Shown here piece by piece: positions 14,365-28,315 of a stretch of DNA of 64,000 nt. Position 1 is the first letter of the stretch, and every line of letters starts with the position of its first letter. The stretch is from Eledone cirrhosa (lineage: Eukaryota): NCBI GenBank assembly GCA_964016885.1, contig OZ024740.1, forward strand, positions 265,918,001 to 265,982,000. Reading direction: 5' to 3'. The position numbers and the translations under genes were made by a program. The notes below the pieces were generated by a model. That model ran no database searches, was not told the DNA's origin, and worked only from the letters and a program-made list of their open reading frames with translations.

Positions 14365-14566
14365 TATACATTATGTCAACACCATAACATGCTAACCATT
14401 CAAACAGACACATACACACACACATAACACCTTCTACTTTAGAAAATAAAAACCCAAACTAAATAAACCGTAACATACGTTTGCGCTGACAATACAACAG
14501 AACAGATACAAATAAGTAAGGAAAATATGTTCATTCAAAAATATTCCTACTAACGGAATCATTTTC

Positions 14567-14619
<53 letters not shown>

Positions 14620-14980
14620 ATATATATATATACTCTTCATCTTAACATGCTAACCATACTCCCACACACACATAACACCCATACACACACACATAACCCC
14701 CCCACACACACACACACACACAACTCCCTCCCCCATTTCTACTAATAGAATCACTTTACTACACACACACATACGCACACACACAATATATATTCTCTTC
14801 ATCTTAATATGCTAACCATACACCCACACACACATAACACCCATACACACACATAACCCCCCCCCCCCACACACACACACACACAACTCCCTCCCCCATT
14901 TCTACTAATAGAATCACTTTCCTACACACATATACACACACACAAAATATATATATTCTCTCCATCTTAACATGCTCCCA

Positions 14981-15028
<48 letters not shown>

Positions 15029-15031
15029 CAC

Positions 15032-15093
<62 letters not shown>

Positions 15094-15110
15094 GCACACA
15101 AATAAACATA
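14365..15110 (+). repeat. Local tandem duplications with (CA)n in PLE 3' region
   Basis: AACATGCTAACCAT...CACACACATAACACC repeated about 4 times; 14478-14545 duplicates the ORF end at 14276-14340. Confidence 0.7.
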
Positions 15111-15930
15111 CATATCTTTACTTTCTTTATTTCAATAGAAAATCTGAATTCTGACACCCCAGCGAACCAACCATATTCACTGAACCAGAACAATTCTCCC
15201 ATCCCATTTCTCTTGACCATTATCTTTTGCTTGTCACAAAATTCTCTAAAAGGCTACAAAATAAATTCCCAAATACGGGCGAGAAATTTAAAGAATTTGT
15301 TCATAATGACAGTTAAAATTTCATTTATAACCAATCAAATTATATTTATTAAAAAAAAGCCTTCGTGAGCCACTTTTTTTAAAGTAAAAAGAAATTCAAC
15401 CAAACTTACGCGAAAGCTGATATACTTAGTCACGTGACTACAAAAACCAACCAAACTTCACTCATATATTAAAAAACAACCTGCTATATTCACTGAACCA
15501 GAACAATTCACCCATCCCATTTCTCTTGACCATTATCTTATGTTTGTCATAAAATTCTATAAAAGGCAACAAAATAAATTCCCAAGTATGGGCGCGAATT
15601 TAATGAACTTGTTCACGTGAGAGTCATAATTTCATTTATAACCAATCAAATTACATTTATAAAAAAAGACTTCGTGTGCCCCCTTTTTTTAAGTAAAAAG
15701 AAATTCAAACACTCATATATGAAAAAACAACCTGAGCCCCCCCCCCCTTGTTTGAAGAACTTTGTAACGCGAACTGCCGCGAAATTTAATTTATTATACT
15801 TATTAACCAACCAATCAAATTACTTCTCTAAAAACCTGGCATTTCGAGCCACTTTTTTCCATATAAAACAAGTAACATTCAAAGACCAACCAGATGTGAG
15901 AAAAACCACAGACCCTCCATCTCAACTCTA

Positions 15931-15966
15931 CTTTTGAAAAGCAGAAGAACTACGAAACCGGTAAAG
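15931..15966 (+). ncRNA. Minimal HHR, U3-A8 core variant (3' pLTR)
   Basis: Same as 10805 except CUAC in stem II. Confidence 0.6.
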
Positions 15967-16227
15967 GAACCAAATAAATATATATTTAAAAAAAAAATAA
16001 AACTCCAGTTGCATTTTCGATTTCATCTTTTTTTCTTTATACTTTCACTCGTGTAGGACACCTCGGTTATTTTTCATTTTGCAAAAAAAAAGTCAATGCG
16101 TGCGTGTTATTGTATATACACTCTTATGTACAACAACATATATATATTTGTATGTATGCATGTGTAAATATATATATATATATACGAGCCCTCTTTGGAT
16201 TTTAGTCTTCAAATTTATTATTATTAC

Positions 16228-16364
<137 letters not shown>

Positions 16365-16402
16365 GTGTGTGCGTGCGTTTGTGTGTTGTGTGTGTGTGTA
16401 TT

Positions 16403-17345
16403 AACTAACCTGATTAGTTTAAAGCCAGGAACCACCATAAAATCCCTTATCAGCGAAACCTACCCTTTTAAGAAAACCCACTGTACTAATAGGAAATGTA
16501 TCTTATGTAAAGTAAACCCCCGGATAAACTGTAAAACTAGAAACGTAATCTATAGCATAAGATGTACAGGGGGTACTTGCAGAAACATGACAACAACAAA
16601 CATGGGCGAGACAGCTCGTAGCATAGGTGAAAGGATCGACCAACACTGGGGGGAACTAAAAGGACGAGAAAACGGTTCAGTACTATACGAACATGCCAGA
16701 CAACAACACAACGGTAACATAGACAACATAGAAATTAGAATAATATCTAAACATAGAAATGACCCAGCAGATAGGCAAATCAGGGAGGCCAGCGAAATAG
16801 AACTTAGAAGGCCAAGGCTAAACAGAAAAAATGAATGGAATAACAACACCCAAACAAACAACACTGACCTAAGATAGAATACAATAACCAATACACAGTC
16901 ACCCAAACACGAACACACATCAAACAAAACACTATACACACACACAAACGCATGCGCAGTGAAGACAAAAAATAAACAAATAAATAAATAAATAAATAAA
17001 CAGACTAAATAAAGCTGGCGTAAGTAAGCATACAATACAACGGGAGGAAACATAATAGCACCACTGACGATGTTGCAGATGTGCAACGAAAGAACTTTGT
17101 TAGACTATATATATATATGTGTTTGTGTCTATATTATATCTGTATTTTGGACCGTTGGTCAGTCAATGGTAACATTGAGGACCGAATAAATTAAATTAAC
17201 CGATATAAAAGACACAGAAGCGAAAACCAACCAAAGAGTGAGTGTGTTCAGTTATTAATTCTGTTATTTATTCTGGCAATATTATTACACAAATATGACC
17301 CTCCTCAAGTATAACAATATTTGTTTCGGCACACATATCGAAAAC
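16403..17345 (+). mobile_element. 3' fragment of a second PLE family: GIY-YIG domain plus pLTR
   Basis: CTNRKCILC...CKTRNVIYSIRC...MGETARSIGERIDQH...SVLYEH...RQIREA...PRLNRKNEW, stop at 16877. Confidence 0.88.
17060..17101 (+). ncRNA. Minimal type I hammerhead ribozyme in PLE pLTR
   Basis: ACCA-CUGACGA-U-GUUGCA-gaug-UGCAAC-GAAA-GAAC-UU-UGUU. Confidence 0.8.
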
Positions 17346-17352
17346 CTTGCAA

Positions 17353-17422
<70 letters not shown>

Positions 17423-17469
17423 GACGTAAATAAGAAAGTTATAAAAATTGACTTACTTACTAAAATTTC

Positions 17470-17550
17470 ACTCCAACTAATTAGTTTCTGGGAGGGGATA
17501 AATATGGTTACGGAGTGTAACCATAGAGAAGCCTTACGTCATCAGGGAGT
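17470..17550 (-). ncRNA. Type I hammerhead ribozyme, unit 1
   Basis: ACUCC-CUGAUGA-[long stem II with UAUGGUUAC/GUAACCAUA]-GAAA-CUAAUUAG-UU-GGAGU; stem II base is weak in this copy. Confidence 0.75.
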
Positions 17551-17994
17551 CTATTCTCAGCTAAGCTTCCAGGCAATGCGGGGGCACTGGGAACTTATAT
17601 AAAAATAATTCAGTGGATGGAAAAAAGCGAGCGGGGCTAGATTCCAAAACAATGAAAAATTCACTGCCTACTTGGTCAAGTGGCAAATTCAAAAGAATCA
17701 ATCACGTGACACTGAGGTTAATCAGCCAGGAGTGGGGGTGCTATTAAGACAGAGCCTAGCCACTACTATTAATCACAGTAGTAACTTCGGCAAATTTTGC
17801 TCAACAAATAATTTGGAGATAATTATAAAGAATTAGTATATCTACCGACATATGTATACAGATGCATACCTATGCTAGCAAATATATATGTTTTGTCTTA
17901 GTAACTTTGTGTTTCTATGCAAGGGGATGCAGAACAATTATATGAAAGACGTAAATAAGAAAGTTATGAAAATTGACTTACTTACTAAAATTTC

Positions 17995-18075
17995 ACTCCA
18001 ACTAATTAGTTTCTGTCAGGGGATAAATATGGTTACGGAGTGTATCCATAGAGAAGCCTTACGTCATCAGGGAGT
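17995..18075 (-). ncRNA. Type I hammerhead ribozyme, unit 2
   Basis: As unit 1; stem II base GUAAGG/CCUGAC. Confidence 0.82.
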
Positions 18076-18519
18076 CTATTCTCAGCTAAACTTCCAGGCA
18101 ATGCGGGGACACTGGGAACTTATATAAAAATAATTCAGTGGATGGAAAAAAGCGAGCGGGGCTAGATTCCAAGACATTGAAAAATTCACTGCCAACTTGG
18201 TCAAGTGGCAAATTCAAAAGAATCAATCACGTGACACTGAGGTTAATCAGCCAGGAGTGGGGGTGCTATTAAGACAGAGCCTAGCCACTATTATTAATCA
18301 CAGTAGTAATTTCGGAAAATTTTACTCAACAAATAATTTGGAGATAATTATAAAGAATTAGTATATCTACCGACATATGTATACAGATGCATACCTATGC
18401 TAGCAAATATATATGTTTTGTCTTAGTAACTTTGTGGTTCTATGCAAGGGGATGCAGAACAATTATATGAAAGACGTAAATAAGAAAGTTATGAAAATTG
18501 ACTTACTTACTAAAATTTC

Positions 18520-18600
18520 ACTCCAACTAATTAGTTTCTGTCAGGGGATAAATATGGTTACGGAGTGTATCCATAGAGAAGCCTTACGTCATCAGGGAGT
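18520..18600 (-). ncRNA. Type I hammerhead ribozyme, unit 3
   Basis: As unit 2. Confidence 0.82.
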
Positions 18601-18833
18601 CTATTCTCAGCTAAGCTTCCAGGCAATGCGGGGACACTGGGAACTTATATAAAAATAATTCAGTGGATGGCAAAAAGCGAGCGGGGCTAGATTCCAAAAC
18701 ATTGAAAAATTCACTGCCTACTTGGTCAAGTGGCAAATTCAAAAGAATCAATCACGTGACACTGAGATTAATCAGCCAGGAGTGGGGGTGCTATTAAGAC
18801 AGAGCCTAGCCACTACTATTAATATATATATAT

Positions 18834-19043
18834 AATTAGAAAATATATAGCTTTCACCGTATTTTTGACTAAAGGAATTTTAGCTTGATAACGGGGTTTA
18901 GAACCCTCAGATAAATGGAAAAAGATGAGTATTGACGTACGTCAATACTTATCTTTTTCCATTTATCTGAGGGTTCTAAACCCCGTTATCAAGCTAAAAT
19001 TCCTTTAGTCAAAAATACGGTGAAAGCTATATATTTTCTAATT
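18834..19043. repeat. 210-bp spacerless palindrome
   Basis: Centre GACGT|ACGTC at 18938/18939; one mismatch seen (18927/18950). Confidence 0.92.
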
Positions 19044-19189
19044 TCAAACTCGCTCACTGTTTCAAAACATACTTACATATATATATATATATATATATAT
19101 GAAAAATATGAAAACATGGCGTGCTGCGTGGTTGCAAATGGGTTACATATGAATAAATTTAGTCCTTCATCAGTGATCTTCCAGCCATC

Positions 19190-19700
19190 ATTGGAATCAT
19201 GGTTGTTTTGTATGCTATTATTTAGATTGGGTATGTAAATCTTAGTCCCTATTAAGTATGAGGAGGATGATAGTTGGTTGTAGTCTACTATATTCTGCTG
19301 GTGAGGTGAGTGTGCGGATCTATCAGGTGGATATGCAGTAATATTCTGGTTATGCGCTGTAGTATTACCAGTTATCTTGTGTGTGGTGTGCTATCGTGTG
19401 TGGTATAGATGGAGCTTTTTTTACATTTGTAGATGTTATACGCACTTATTGTTTTGTTGTATATTGCTCGATGTGGAGTAAGAAAATGTTATTGTATTTT
19501 TGTTTAAGATTTGATGGTATTTGTGGTTAGGTGGGAAATGCTTATCAAGAATTGTAAAAGATTTTTTAGGGATTTGGCCCATAGTTTGCAAGTTGAATGG
19601 AGCGTTATACCATGTTACATTTCTTTTATGGTTTCTAAAAGGTTTCCTCTTATTATATTGGGTATGTATAGAAGTTTGAGGGTAGATACTGTTATCAGAT
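19190..19700 (-). pseudogene. Fragment of a third PLE family (RT-to-endonuclease linker region)
   Basis: Minus strand translates to KRNVTWYNAPFN...LDKHFPPNHKYHQILNKNTITFSYS, typical of PLE linkers. Confidence 0.7.
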
Positions 19701-19773
19701 GTATATATATATATGTGGATTTAACCCCCAAAACTCTTTCCGAGCAATATAAGGAACACTTGTGATTATTTAT

Positions 19774-19811
19774 GCCCTTGAGAAGCCCAACTGGGCGAAA
19801 CGTACGTAGGT
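19774..19811 (+). ncRNA. Minimal HHR, U3-A8 variant
   Basis: CC-UUGAGAA-GCCC-aacu-GGGC-GAAA-CGUACG-UA-GG; short stem I. Confidence 0.6.
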
Positions 19812-20131
19812 GATATTTTAAATAAACATGTTTTAACGGTCTATTCTCCGATTTTTTACTTTCCCACGTGCTTACGCTCTGCTAACTCTCTAGCCCACTA
19901 AATATTAACACTTCGAATATTTAATACTGCCGGCACTAGTATCGAGCACCTTTGGCATACGCTACTTGGCAAATAACTATATGTATCACCTATCCCCCCT
20001 TTTTTTCTCTTTCTCGATACGTAAATACTATATATATATATATATATATATACATCTGATGTACATCTGTATATATATACATCTGATATACATCTGTATA
20101 TATATATATATATATATACATCTGATATACA

Positions 20132-20175
<44 letters not shown>

Positions 20176-20268
20176 TAACAGATTAATTGCTCTACGGTTC
20201 TTATATATTTGATATATATTTTCCTTATCGAGCCCTCTTTGGATTTTAGTCTTCAATTTTATTATTAT

Positions 20269-20328
<60 letters not shown>

Positions 20329-20483
20329 GGATACTATTTATGGTTATGTATTTATTAAACTTTTTATAGTTATGTATATTTTAGACCTTAAACAGTGAAG
20401 TTCAGTAATTTATTACTACCTTATTACCAGTAAGATAAATAGCTCAATGTAATAACAACTGTTGTTCTACAGAGCAGTTATAT

Positions 20484-21245
20484 AGAATTCACAAGAATCA
20501 AAGCTATGTTCAAAGCATTTATTCACTTACAATTGTTTCATCCAAACCTAGGCTTGGATTCTTCGGAGCATTTTTCAATGTTTGCACATATAATTGACCT
20601 CCTTTCCGACGCAAGAGACATACAGATACATATATATATATTGATGTACAGTGGAGTGACATATATTACACTATACTATTTTTGTACAGCAATTCAAATT
20701 CAAGATCAAAATCAAAATCAAAATTAAAATAAAAATCAAAATTAAAATACATTCGGCAGATAACACAGATAATGCAGAAGGATAGTTTGATAGTCAGATC
20801 TAGTAGGTAGTGTATGCGTTAGTTACACAAGGAGCATGCAAGTGTGTCTCATTTGTATACGATTATTATACGATAAATGAGACACACTTGCATGCTCCAT
20901 GTGTAACTAACGCATACACTACCTACTAGATCTGACTATCAAACTATCCTCCTGCTTTATCTGTGTTATCTGCCTAATGTATTTTAATTTTGATTTTGAT
21001 TTTGATTTTGATTTTGATTTTGATCATGAATTTGAATTGCTGTACAAAAATAGTATAGTGTAATATATGTCACTCCACTGTACATCAATATATATATATG
21101 TATCTGTGTGTCTCTTGCGTCGGAAAGGAGGTCAATTATATGTGCAAACATTGAAAAATGCTTCGGAGATTCCAAGCCTAGATTTGGATGAAACAATTGT
21201 AAGTGAATAAATGCTTTGAACAGAGCTTTGATTCTTGTGAATTCT
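20484..21245. repeat. Long inverted repeat, ~370-bp arms, short spacer
   Basis: AGAATTCACAAGAATCAAAGCT...GTGTGTCTCATTT mirrored by AAATGAGACACAC...CTTTGATTCTTGTGAATTCT. Confidence 0.9.
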
Positions 21246-21275
21246 CTCTCTCTATATATATACATCTGATATATA

Positions 21276-21322
<47 letters not shown>

Positions 21323-21413
21323 CCAAAGATTAATAATTGTTCATTGATTACTCAATAAATACAGTTTTACAATAGATTAAAAGCACTAAACAGTAACAAA
21401 AAAAAAAAATTAT

Positions 21414-21672
21414 TAATATTATTCAAAATATTAACAAATGAGGATATTCACATAATCAAAATATATGTTTTATTATATATATTTCGAAGGTACTGTGGTG
21501 TTTTTTCAGTACGTCCTCGTCAGATAAAATTTTTCAGTACGTCCTCGTCAAATAAAATTTCATCTGGCGAGGACATACTGAAAAAACAGCACAGTACCTT
21601 CGAAATATATATAATAAAACATATATTTTGATTATGTGAATATCCTCATTTGTTAATATTTTGAATAATATT
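21414..21672. repeat. Inverted repeat with an HHR on each arm
   Basis: Arms about 21414-21530 and 21557-21672. Confidence 0.85.
21469..21528 (-). ncRNA. Type I hammerhead ribozyme (mirror copy 21559-21618 on plus has CUGGCGA)
   Basis: UUUAU-CUGACGA-GGAC-GUACUG...CAGUAC-CUUC-GAAA-UAUAUA-UA-AUAAA. Confidence 0.8.
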
Positions 21673-21858
21673 GGTAGATTGGCAGTATCGGTAGAGGGTC
21701 GGACGCCATGCTTTCCAGCATAGTTACGTCCCTTTACGATCTGAGTTCAAATCCCGCCGAGGTTGACTTTGCCTTTCATCCTTACGGGGTCGATAAAATT
21801 AAGTACCAGTAATGCACTGGGTAATTGCTGGCCTTGTGCCTAAAGTAGAAACAATTAT
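21673..21858 (+). mobile_element. tRNA-derived SINE
   Basis: Box A-like TGGCAGTATCGG, box B GAGTTCAAATCCC; near-identical to 27967, 34238, 43489 and 48166 copies. Confidence 0.85.
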
Positions 21859-21896
21859 ATATATATATATACACATTTTTAAGGATAAGTTAGTAT

Positions 21897-21945
21897 TTTC
21901 TTACTCTGGTGTTTCGACTGTGTATTCACAACATCCTCAGACAAG
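21897..21945 (-). ncRNA. HHR-like motif with imperfect stem I
   Basis: CUGAGGA-U-GUUGUG-aaua-CACAGU-C-GAAA-C-ACCAGA-GUA. Confidence 0.55.
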
Positions 21946-22493
21946 ACAGGTAAAAATCTAGAGTAAGAGTGACCTTACCTTTAATACATATTAATTTCTA
22001 CTAAAGTATCGACTACTCATTCTTGTGACCGAAAATATTAAGTGGATGCATATATGTGTACATTCATATATAGCCTATATACATATACATACATATATAA
22101 ATATTTATATATGAAAGTATGTATACATTTTTTTGGTGGGTGGGGGGCGACCCTGTATACAGCTAAGCTGTCTGGGTCCTGACTCTTGCTATTACCAACT
22201 CTACTACCCTAAGTATTGAGTACTCTGGTGCGTTATGATACACCTGGTATCTTACTAGACCCACTTTGTTATATATATATATATATTTAAGATGTGCAAA
22301 AAAATGTATACACACTTTTATTAGAATGCTGTTGAAGTGTGTATACATTTTTTGAGACGTATATATGTTATGAGTCCTTAAATATCAGATAACGCAAAGG
22401 GATGTTAAGGAAGAGAGTAAGTGAGTCTATGCACGTGTGTATGTATCTCTCTCTCTCTTTCTCTCTCACTCTCTCCTCTCTCTTTCTCTCTCA

Positions 22494-22524
<31 letters not shown>

Positions 22525-24127
22525 GTATGATTGTGTGTCTGTTTCTATGTTTATTTGTTTGTGCGGGTGTGTGTGTTAGTGTGTGAGTGTTCATATGTAT
22601 GTGTCTAGAGAAGAATGGATCGTAAAGTATTTAAAGCAATGACTGAAGAATAGGAATCATTAATATAATAATAAGAAAGATAACAGAAATGGATTAATCT
22701 CTGACTAGATTAATAGAAACTTTGAATAGAAGAAAGTTCAGGTGAAATCAAAGGAAGTGGAAGGCTGGAAATAAGTGATAAGAGATTGTGGTGCACATGA
22801 AAAAATGTCTAAATATTTTAGATACATAGAGAGTTTGATTTAAAGAAAAAAGGAATGTAAAGACAAACAGCGAAAAGAATAGAGGCGGAAAGAGAAGAGA
22901 GAGCGGACAGAGAGATATGAAGAGAAGGAAGTAGAGACGGGAGAGAAAGAGAGAGGGGGAGGGGTAGAGGGAAATGTGATAAAAAGTGGGAATAGGGAGA
23001 CAGAGAAGAGAGAAAGGAACAGAGAGAAGTAGAGTGGAAGTGAGAGAGAAAGAAAGGGTGTGTGGGTAGATATGAGAGGTAGAGAGAAAAGGTGTTGTAA
23101 ACAGTGGGTATAGGGATAGAGAGAGATGAGAAAGAGAAACAGAGAGATAAGAAGAGAGGGAAGTAGAGGTGAGAGAGTAAGAGAGTGGGGAGCAGAAAGG
23201 TAGAGAGAAAGTGTGTGGTTAAGAAATCGTCAGGGTGAGTGCTAGAGATTTTATAACTGATAAAATATAGAATTTTGAGAGATAAATTATTGTAGAAAAA
23301 TATTTGCATTTCATGTGTGTGAGTAGTGTGTGAAAGGGTGGAGAAAGGGTGGAGAAAGATTGATAGTGTAATGATAAAAATAATAAAAATGAAATTTCGT
23401 GGTTTCTAATTCAGACACACGGCCATCAATTGTTAAAGACGGGGGAACTTTTGATTACATCGATCTCAGTATTTCACTAGTACTTTATTTTATCAGCCTT
23501 TGCCAAAATGAGTGTTGCGATTGAAATTGAATTTATTTTTTCATTTTATATTCTAACTTTACGATAATTATTTGCTGTTATACAGAATTATACAGAATTG
23601 TTACATGTTGAAACTCCCTGAGAAGCACGTTAAATGTGCACATAGCTTGGGAAAGCTCAGTCACTTGCACGTTAATTTCATGGTCAAACAGCTGGAACAC
23701 TCCTCGTCAGAGCACAAAAAACACATATGTGTCTGTGTGAGTCTGTATGTGTGTGTGTGTGGGTTTGTGTGTGTGTGTGTTTGAGTGTGTGATGTGTGTG
23801 TGTGTTATTTATTGTTTGTGTCCTGTTATATATGTTATATAGAATACAGGATGAAGTTTATGCTTGAAAGGTCAGTCTAATTTGCATGAATAGACTGACC
23901 TGACTGAGATTTTCTTCTATTTATAGTCCATCATGAAGAAGTAAACGTATTTTATGGCCAAAATTGACCAGAGACTGTATGAATGAATTCTTAACCTCAT
24001 CAAAGCCTTTGATTCGGTGAGTCGGGATTATATATGGTCAAACCAATGAGAAGTTATATCTTTGTCATATGTTCTCTGAAGAGAATAGACACGTTCAACC
24101 ACCATTTATTTTTCATACTTCAGATGT

Positions 24128-24204
<77 letters not shown>

Positions 24205-24283
24205 GGGGGGGTGCAGTTTGTGCCACAGCGTAGTCTACGGAGGTTGAAAAATCATTCCGTTTTGGGGATTACTAATTGGCCAA

Positions 24284-24353
24284 GGATACTGATTAGATAT
24301 GAGCTTCCATAATCTTTACCAGAACATATATTGATAATCCCCAATGTAACCTA

Positions 24354-24421
<68 letters not shown>

Positions 24422-24422
24422 T

Positions 24423-24472
<50 letters not shown>

Positions 24473-24535
24473 AGGTTATATTGGGGATTATCAATATATG
24501 ATCTGGTAACGATTATGGAAGCACAAAGCTAATCA

Positions 24536-24540
<5 letters not shown>
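24284..24540. repeat. Inverted repeat centred on (CA)n(TA)n(TG)n
   Basis: ATACTGATTAG...CCCCAATGTAACCT mirrored by AGGTTATATTGGGG...CTAATCAGTAT. Confidence 0.8.
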
Positions 24541-25924
<1,384 letters not shown>

Positions 25925-25926
25925 TA

Positions 25927-26014
<88 letters not shown>

Positions 26015-26069
26015 TATAGAATAAGGAAAAGCGAAGTAGTTTCAGATATTCAAGTCCTTTAATAATGAT

Positions 26070-26143
26070 GCTGTGATATATATTTCAATGACGACACTGG
26101 CCACACTGTTCTGTGTGCGAGTGTCGTGTCATCATCAGACAGC
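26070..26143 (-). ncRNA. Type I hammerhead ribozyme
   Basis: GCUGU-CUGAUGA-UGAC...GUCA-UU-GAAA-UAUAUA-UC-ACAGC. Confidence 0.75.
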
Positions 26144-27881
26144 TTGTTACATAATAAGATTGTTTCCGAGGCAATCCAAATTGAATCGACATGGGAACGG
26201 ATGAAGTTCGTGCTTTTGGGTTTTTCATCCGCTCCCTTGTGAGTACCAATTCACCCCACCGGTCTGCGCAAGCGCATGCCCGAAGGAAGTTGACCATTAG
26301 CCACCGCAGATTTCAACGAAATTCGCTGTCAGTTCACCCTCTCAGCCAAAACAATGGCCCACCTATGCCATACCAAAGTTTACTGCTACCCATCACGACT
26401 GTGGCAGTCAGCCGAAAGCCGGTGGGGATGGGAGGGTGTTAGTTTGTATAGGTCATAATACTACCTTTCACTAAGCGTTGACAGCAAGACTGACCATCAA
26501 CTCATAAGGGAAAATAAACTTAATTCTAGGTACCATGTTTTTACATTGGAAATTAAGAGTGAGAGTTGTAAATAAAAATTAAAAGTTAAAATCCTAAATC
26601 AAATATCAGAGATTATAAATTAAACAATTAAAAAATTCGAAATTCAAAAATTTTTCAAGTCATAATACGGATTGAGTAAAGATATAGATTGAAGTGGGTA
26701 AATAATATGGAGAGAGATGTTTAAGTAATAAGTTCTGGGAGGGATTCTAGTGTCACAGTTACTCTATCCACATATTGAACGACAGCGCCGTACATTATAA
26801 TGGAGGGCAAACTACAGGGAAAACTACAGGGTGGAAGGCATTAGTCAATCTGCTACCCCGGAAATTCCCCCTACCATGGGGATGAAACCCCTGACACTGG
26901 ACGGGCATAATAGTAATTTTCGGCAGGATAAATACGCGGAAACAAAAAATAAGATAAACCCCTATTTTCCTGCACCGAATCGCATTTGAACAGAAGCCCC
27001 TCAATTCAATCTATACATGGACAGATGGACAATCATATGGATCATTTTGCATATATGTACTCTGTGTTTTTGCATTTATTCACTATTGGTTCTGTTCTTT
27101 TCTTTTCTCTTGTGTACTTTATGTCTGTTTTTCTTTGATTGTGTTCCATGTGATGGAAATTATGACTGTGTAACAGATTGACTAATGCCTTGAACCATGT
27201 AGTTTGCCCTCCGTTATAATGTACGGCACTGTCGTTCAATATGTGGATAGAGTAACTGTGACACTAGAATCCCTCCCAGAACTTATTACTTAAACATCTC
27301 TCTCCATATTATTTACCCACTTCAATCTATATTTTTACTCAATCCGTATTATGACTTGAAAAATTTTTGAATTTCGAATTTTTTAATTTTTTAATTATTT
27401 AATTTATCATCTCTGATATGGGATTTAGGATTTAAATTTTTAATTTTTATTTACAACTCTCACTCTTAATTTCCAATGTAAAAACATGGTACCTAGAATT
27501 AAGTTTATTTTCCCTTATGAGTTGATGGTCAGTCTTGCTGTCAACGCTTAGTGAAAGGTAGTATTATGACCTATAAAAACTAACACCCTCCCATCCCCTC
27601 CGGCTTTCGGCTGCCTGCCACAGTCGTGATGGGTAGCAGTAAACTTTGGTATGGCATAGGTGGGCCATTGTTTTGGCTGAGAGGGTGAACTGACAGCGAA
27701 TTTCGTTGAAATCTGCGGTGGCTAATGTTCAACTTCCTTCGGACATGCGCTTGCGCAGACCGGTGGGGGTGAATTGGTACTCACAAGGGAGCGGATGAAA
27801 AACCCAAAAGCACGAACTTCATCCGTTCCCATGTCGATTCAATTTGGATTGCCTCGGAAACATAACCTTATTATGTAACAA

Positions 27882-27957
27882 GCTGTCTGATGATGACACA
27901 ACACTCGCACAAAGAACAGTGTGGCCAGTGTCGTCATTGAAATATATATATCACAGC
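27882..27957 (+). ncRNA. Type I hammerhead ribozyme
   Basis: GCUGU-CUGAUGA-UGAC...GUCA-UU-GAAA-UAUAUAUA-UC-ACAGC. Confidence 0.75.
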
Positions 27958-27966
27958 ATTATTAAA

Positions 27967-28157
27967 GGGCGGTGGATTGGCAGTATCGGTAGAGGGTCGG
28001 ACGCCATGCTTTCCAGCATAGTTACGTCCCTTTACGATCTGAGTTCAAATCCCGCCGAGGTTAATTTTGCCTTTCATCCTTACGGGGTCGATAAAATAAA
28101 GTACCAGTAATGCACTGGGTAATTGCTGGCCTTGTGCCAAAAGTAGAAACAATTATT
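27967..28157 (+). mobile_element. tRNA-derived SINE with TSD
   Basis: A/B boxes; TSD ATTATTAAAGG; absent from the mirror arm. Confidence 0.88.
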
Positions 28158-28274
28158 ATTAAAGGACTTGAACATCTGAAACTACTTCGCTTTTCCTTAT
28201 TCGATATTTACTCCGTCACTCCTATGTGGAAAAAGTACGTTGAGTGCTTGAATTGAATTGCATCAATGTTTACC

Positions 28275-28310
<36 letters not shown>

Positions 28311-28315
<5 letters not shown>

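Larger units (their letters stand above)
9955..16080 (+). mobile_element. Penelope-like element (Neptune-like) with upstream inverted plus direct pseudo-LTRs and downstream pseudo-LTR
   Basis: 10555-10955 matches 15686-16080 (direct); 9955-10480 is an inverted copy; an RT/GIY-YIG ORF lies between. Confidence 0.9.
17416..18823 (-). repeat. 525-bp tandem repeat (2.7 units), one HHR per unit; retrozyme-like
   Basis: Units start at 17416, 17941 and 18466; near-identical; (TA)n on both sides. Confidence 0.92.
26019..28203. mobile_element. Fold-back element with ~830-bp inverted arms, each carrying an HHR; SINE inserted in the right arm
   Basis: 26019-26852 is the reverse complement of 27173-28203 after removing the SINE; (TA)n on both sides. 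Confidence 0.85.

Noticed and set aside
17145-17190. SECIS element in PLE 3' region
   Set aside because: Hairpin present but lacks the AUGA/GA quartet and apical AA; no in-frame UGA in the visible ORF
17321-18652. Three repeated 79-93 aa ORFs
   Set aside because: Arise from the tandem unit, run antisense to the HHR, and the frame is not preserved in the relative at 397-1006
17416-18823. CRISPR-like array
   Set aside because: Units are wholly repeated with no unique spacers; eukaryotic context and no cas genes
21673-21790. tRNA gene
   Set aside because: A/B boxes present but no cloverleaf; multi-copy with tail and TSDs, so a SINE
22115-22357. Tc1/mariner MITE-like ends (also about 48078-48155)
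   Set aside because: Only short degenerate similarity and no transposase; boundaries cannot be supported
23615-23652. Hammerhead (UCC-CUGAGAA-GCACGU/AUGUGC...GGGA)
   Set aside because: C3-A8 mismatch and GAAA replaced by ACAU; at most a dead remnant
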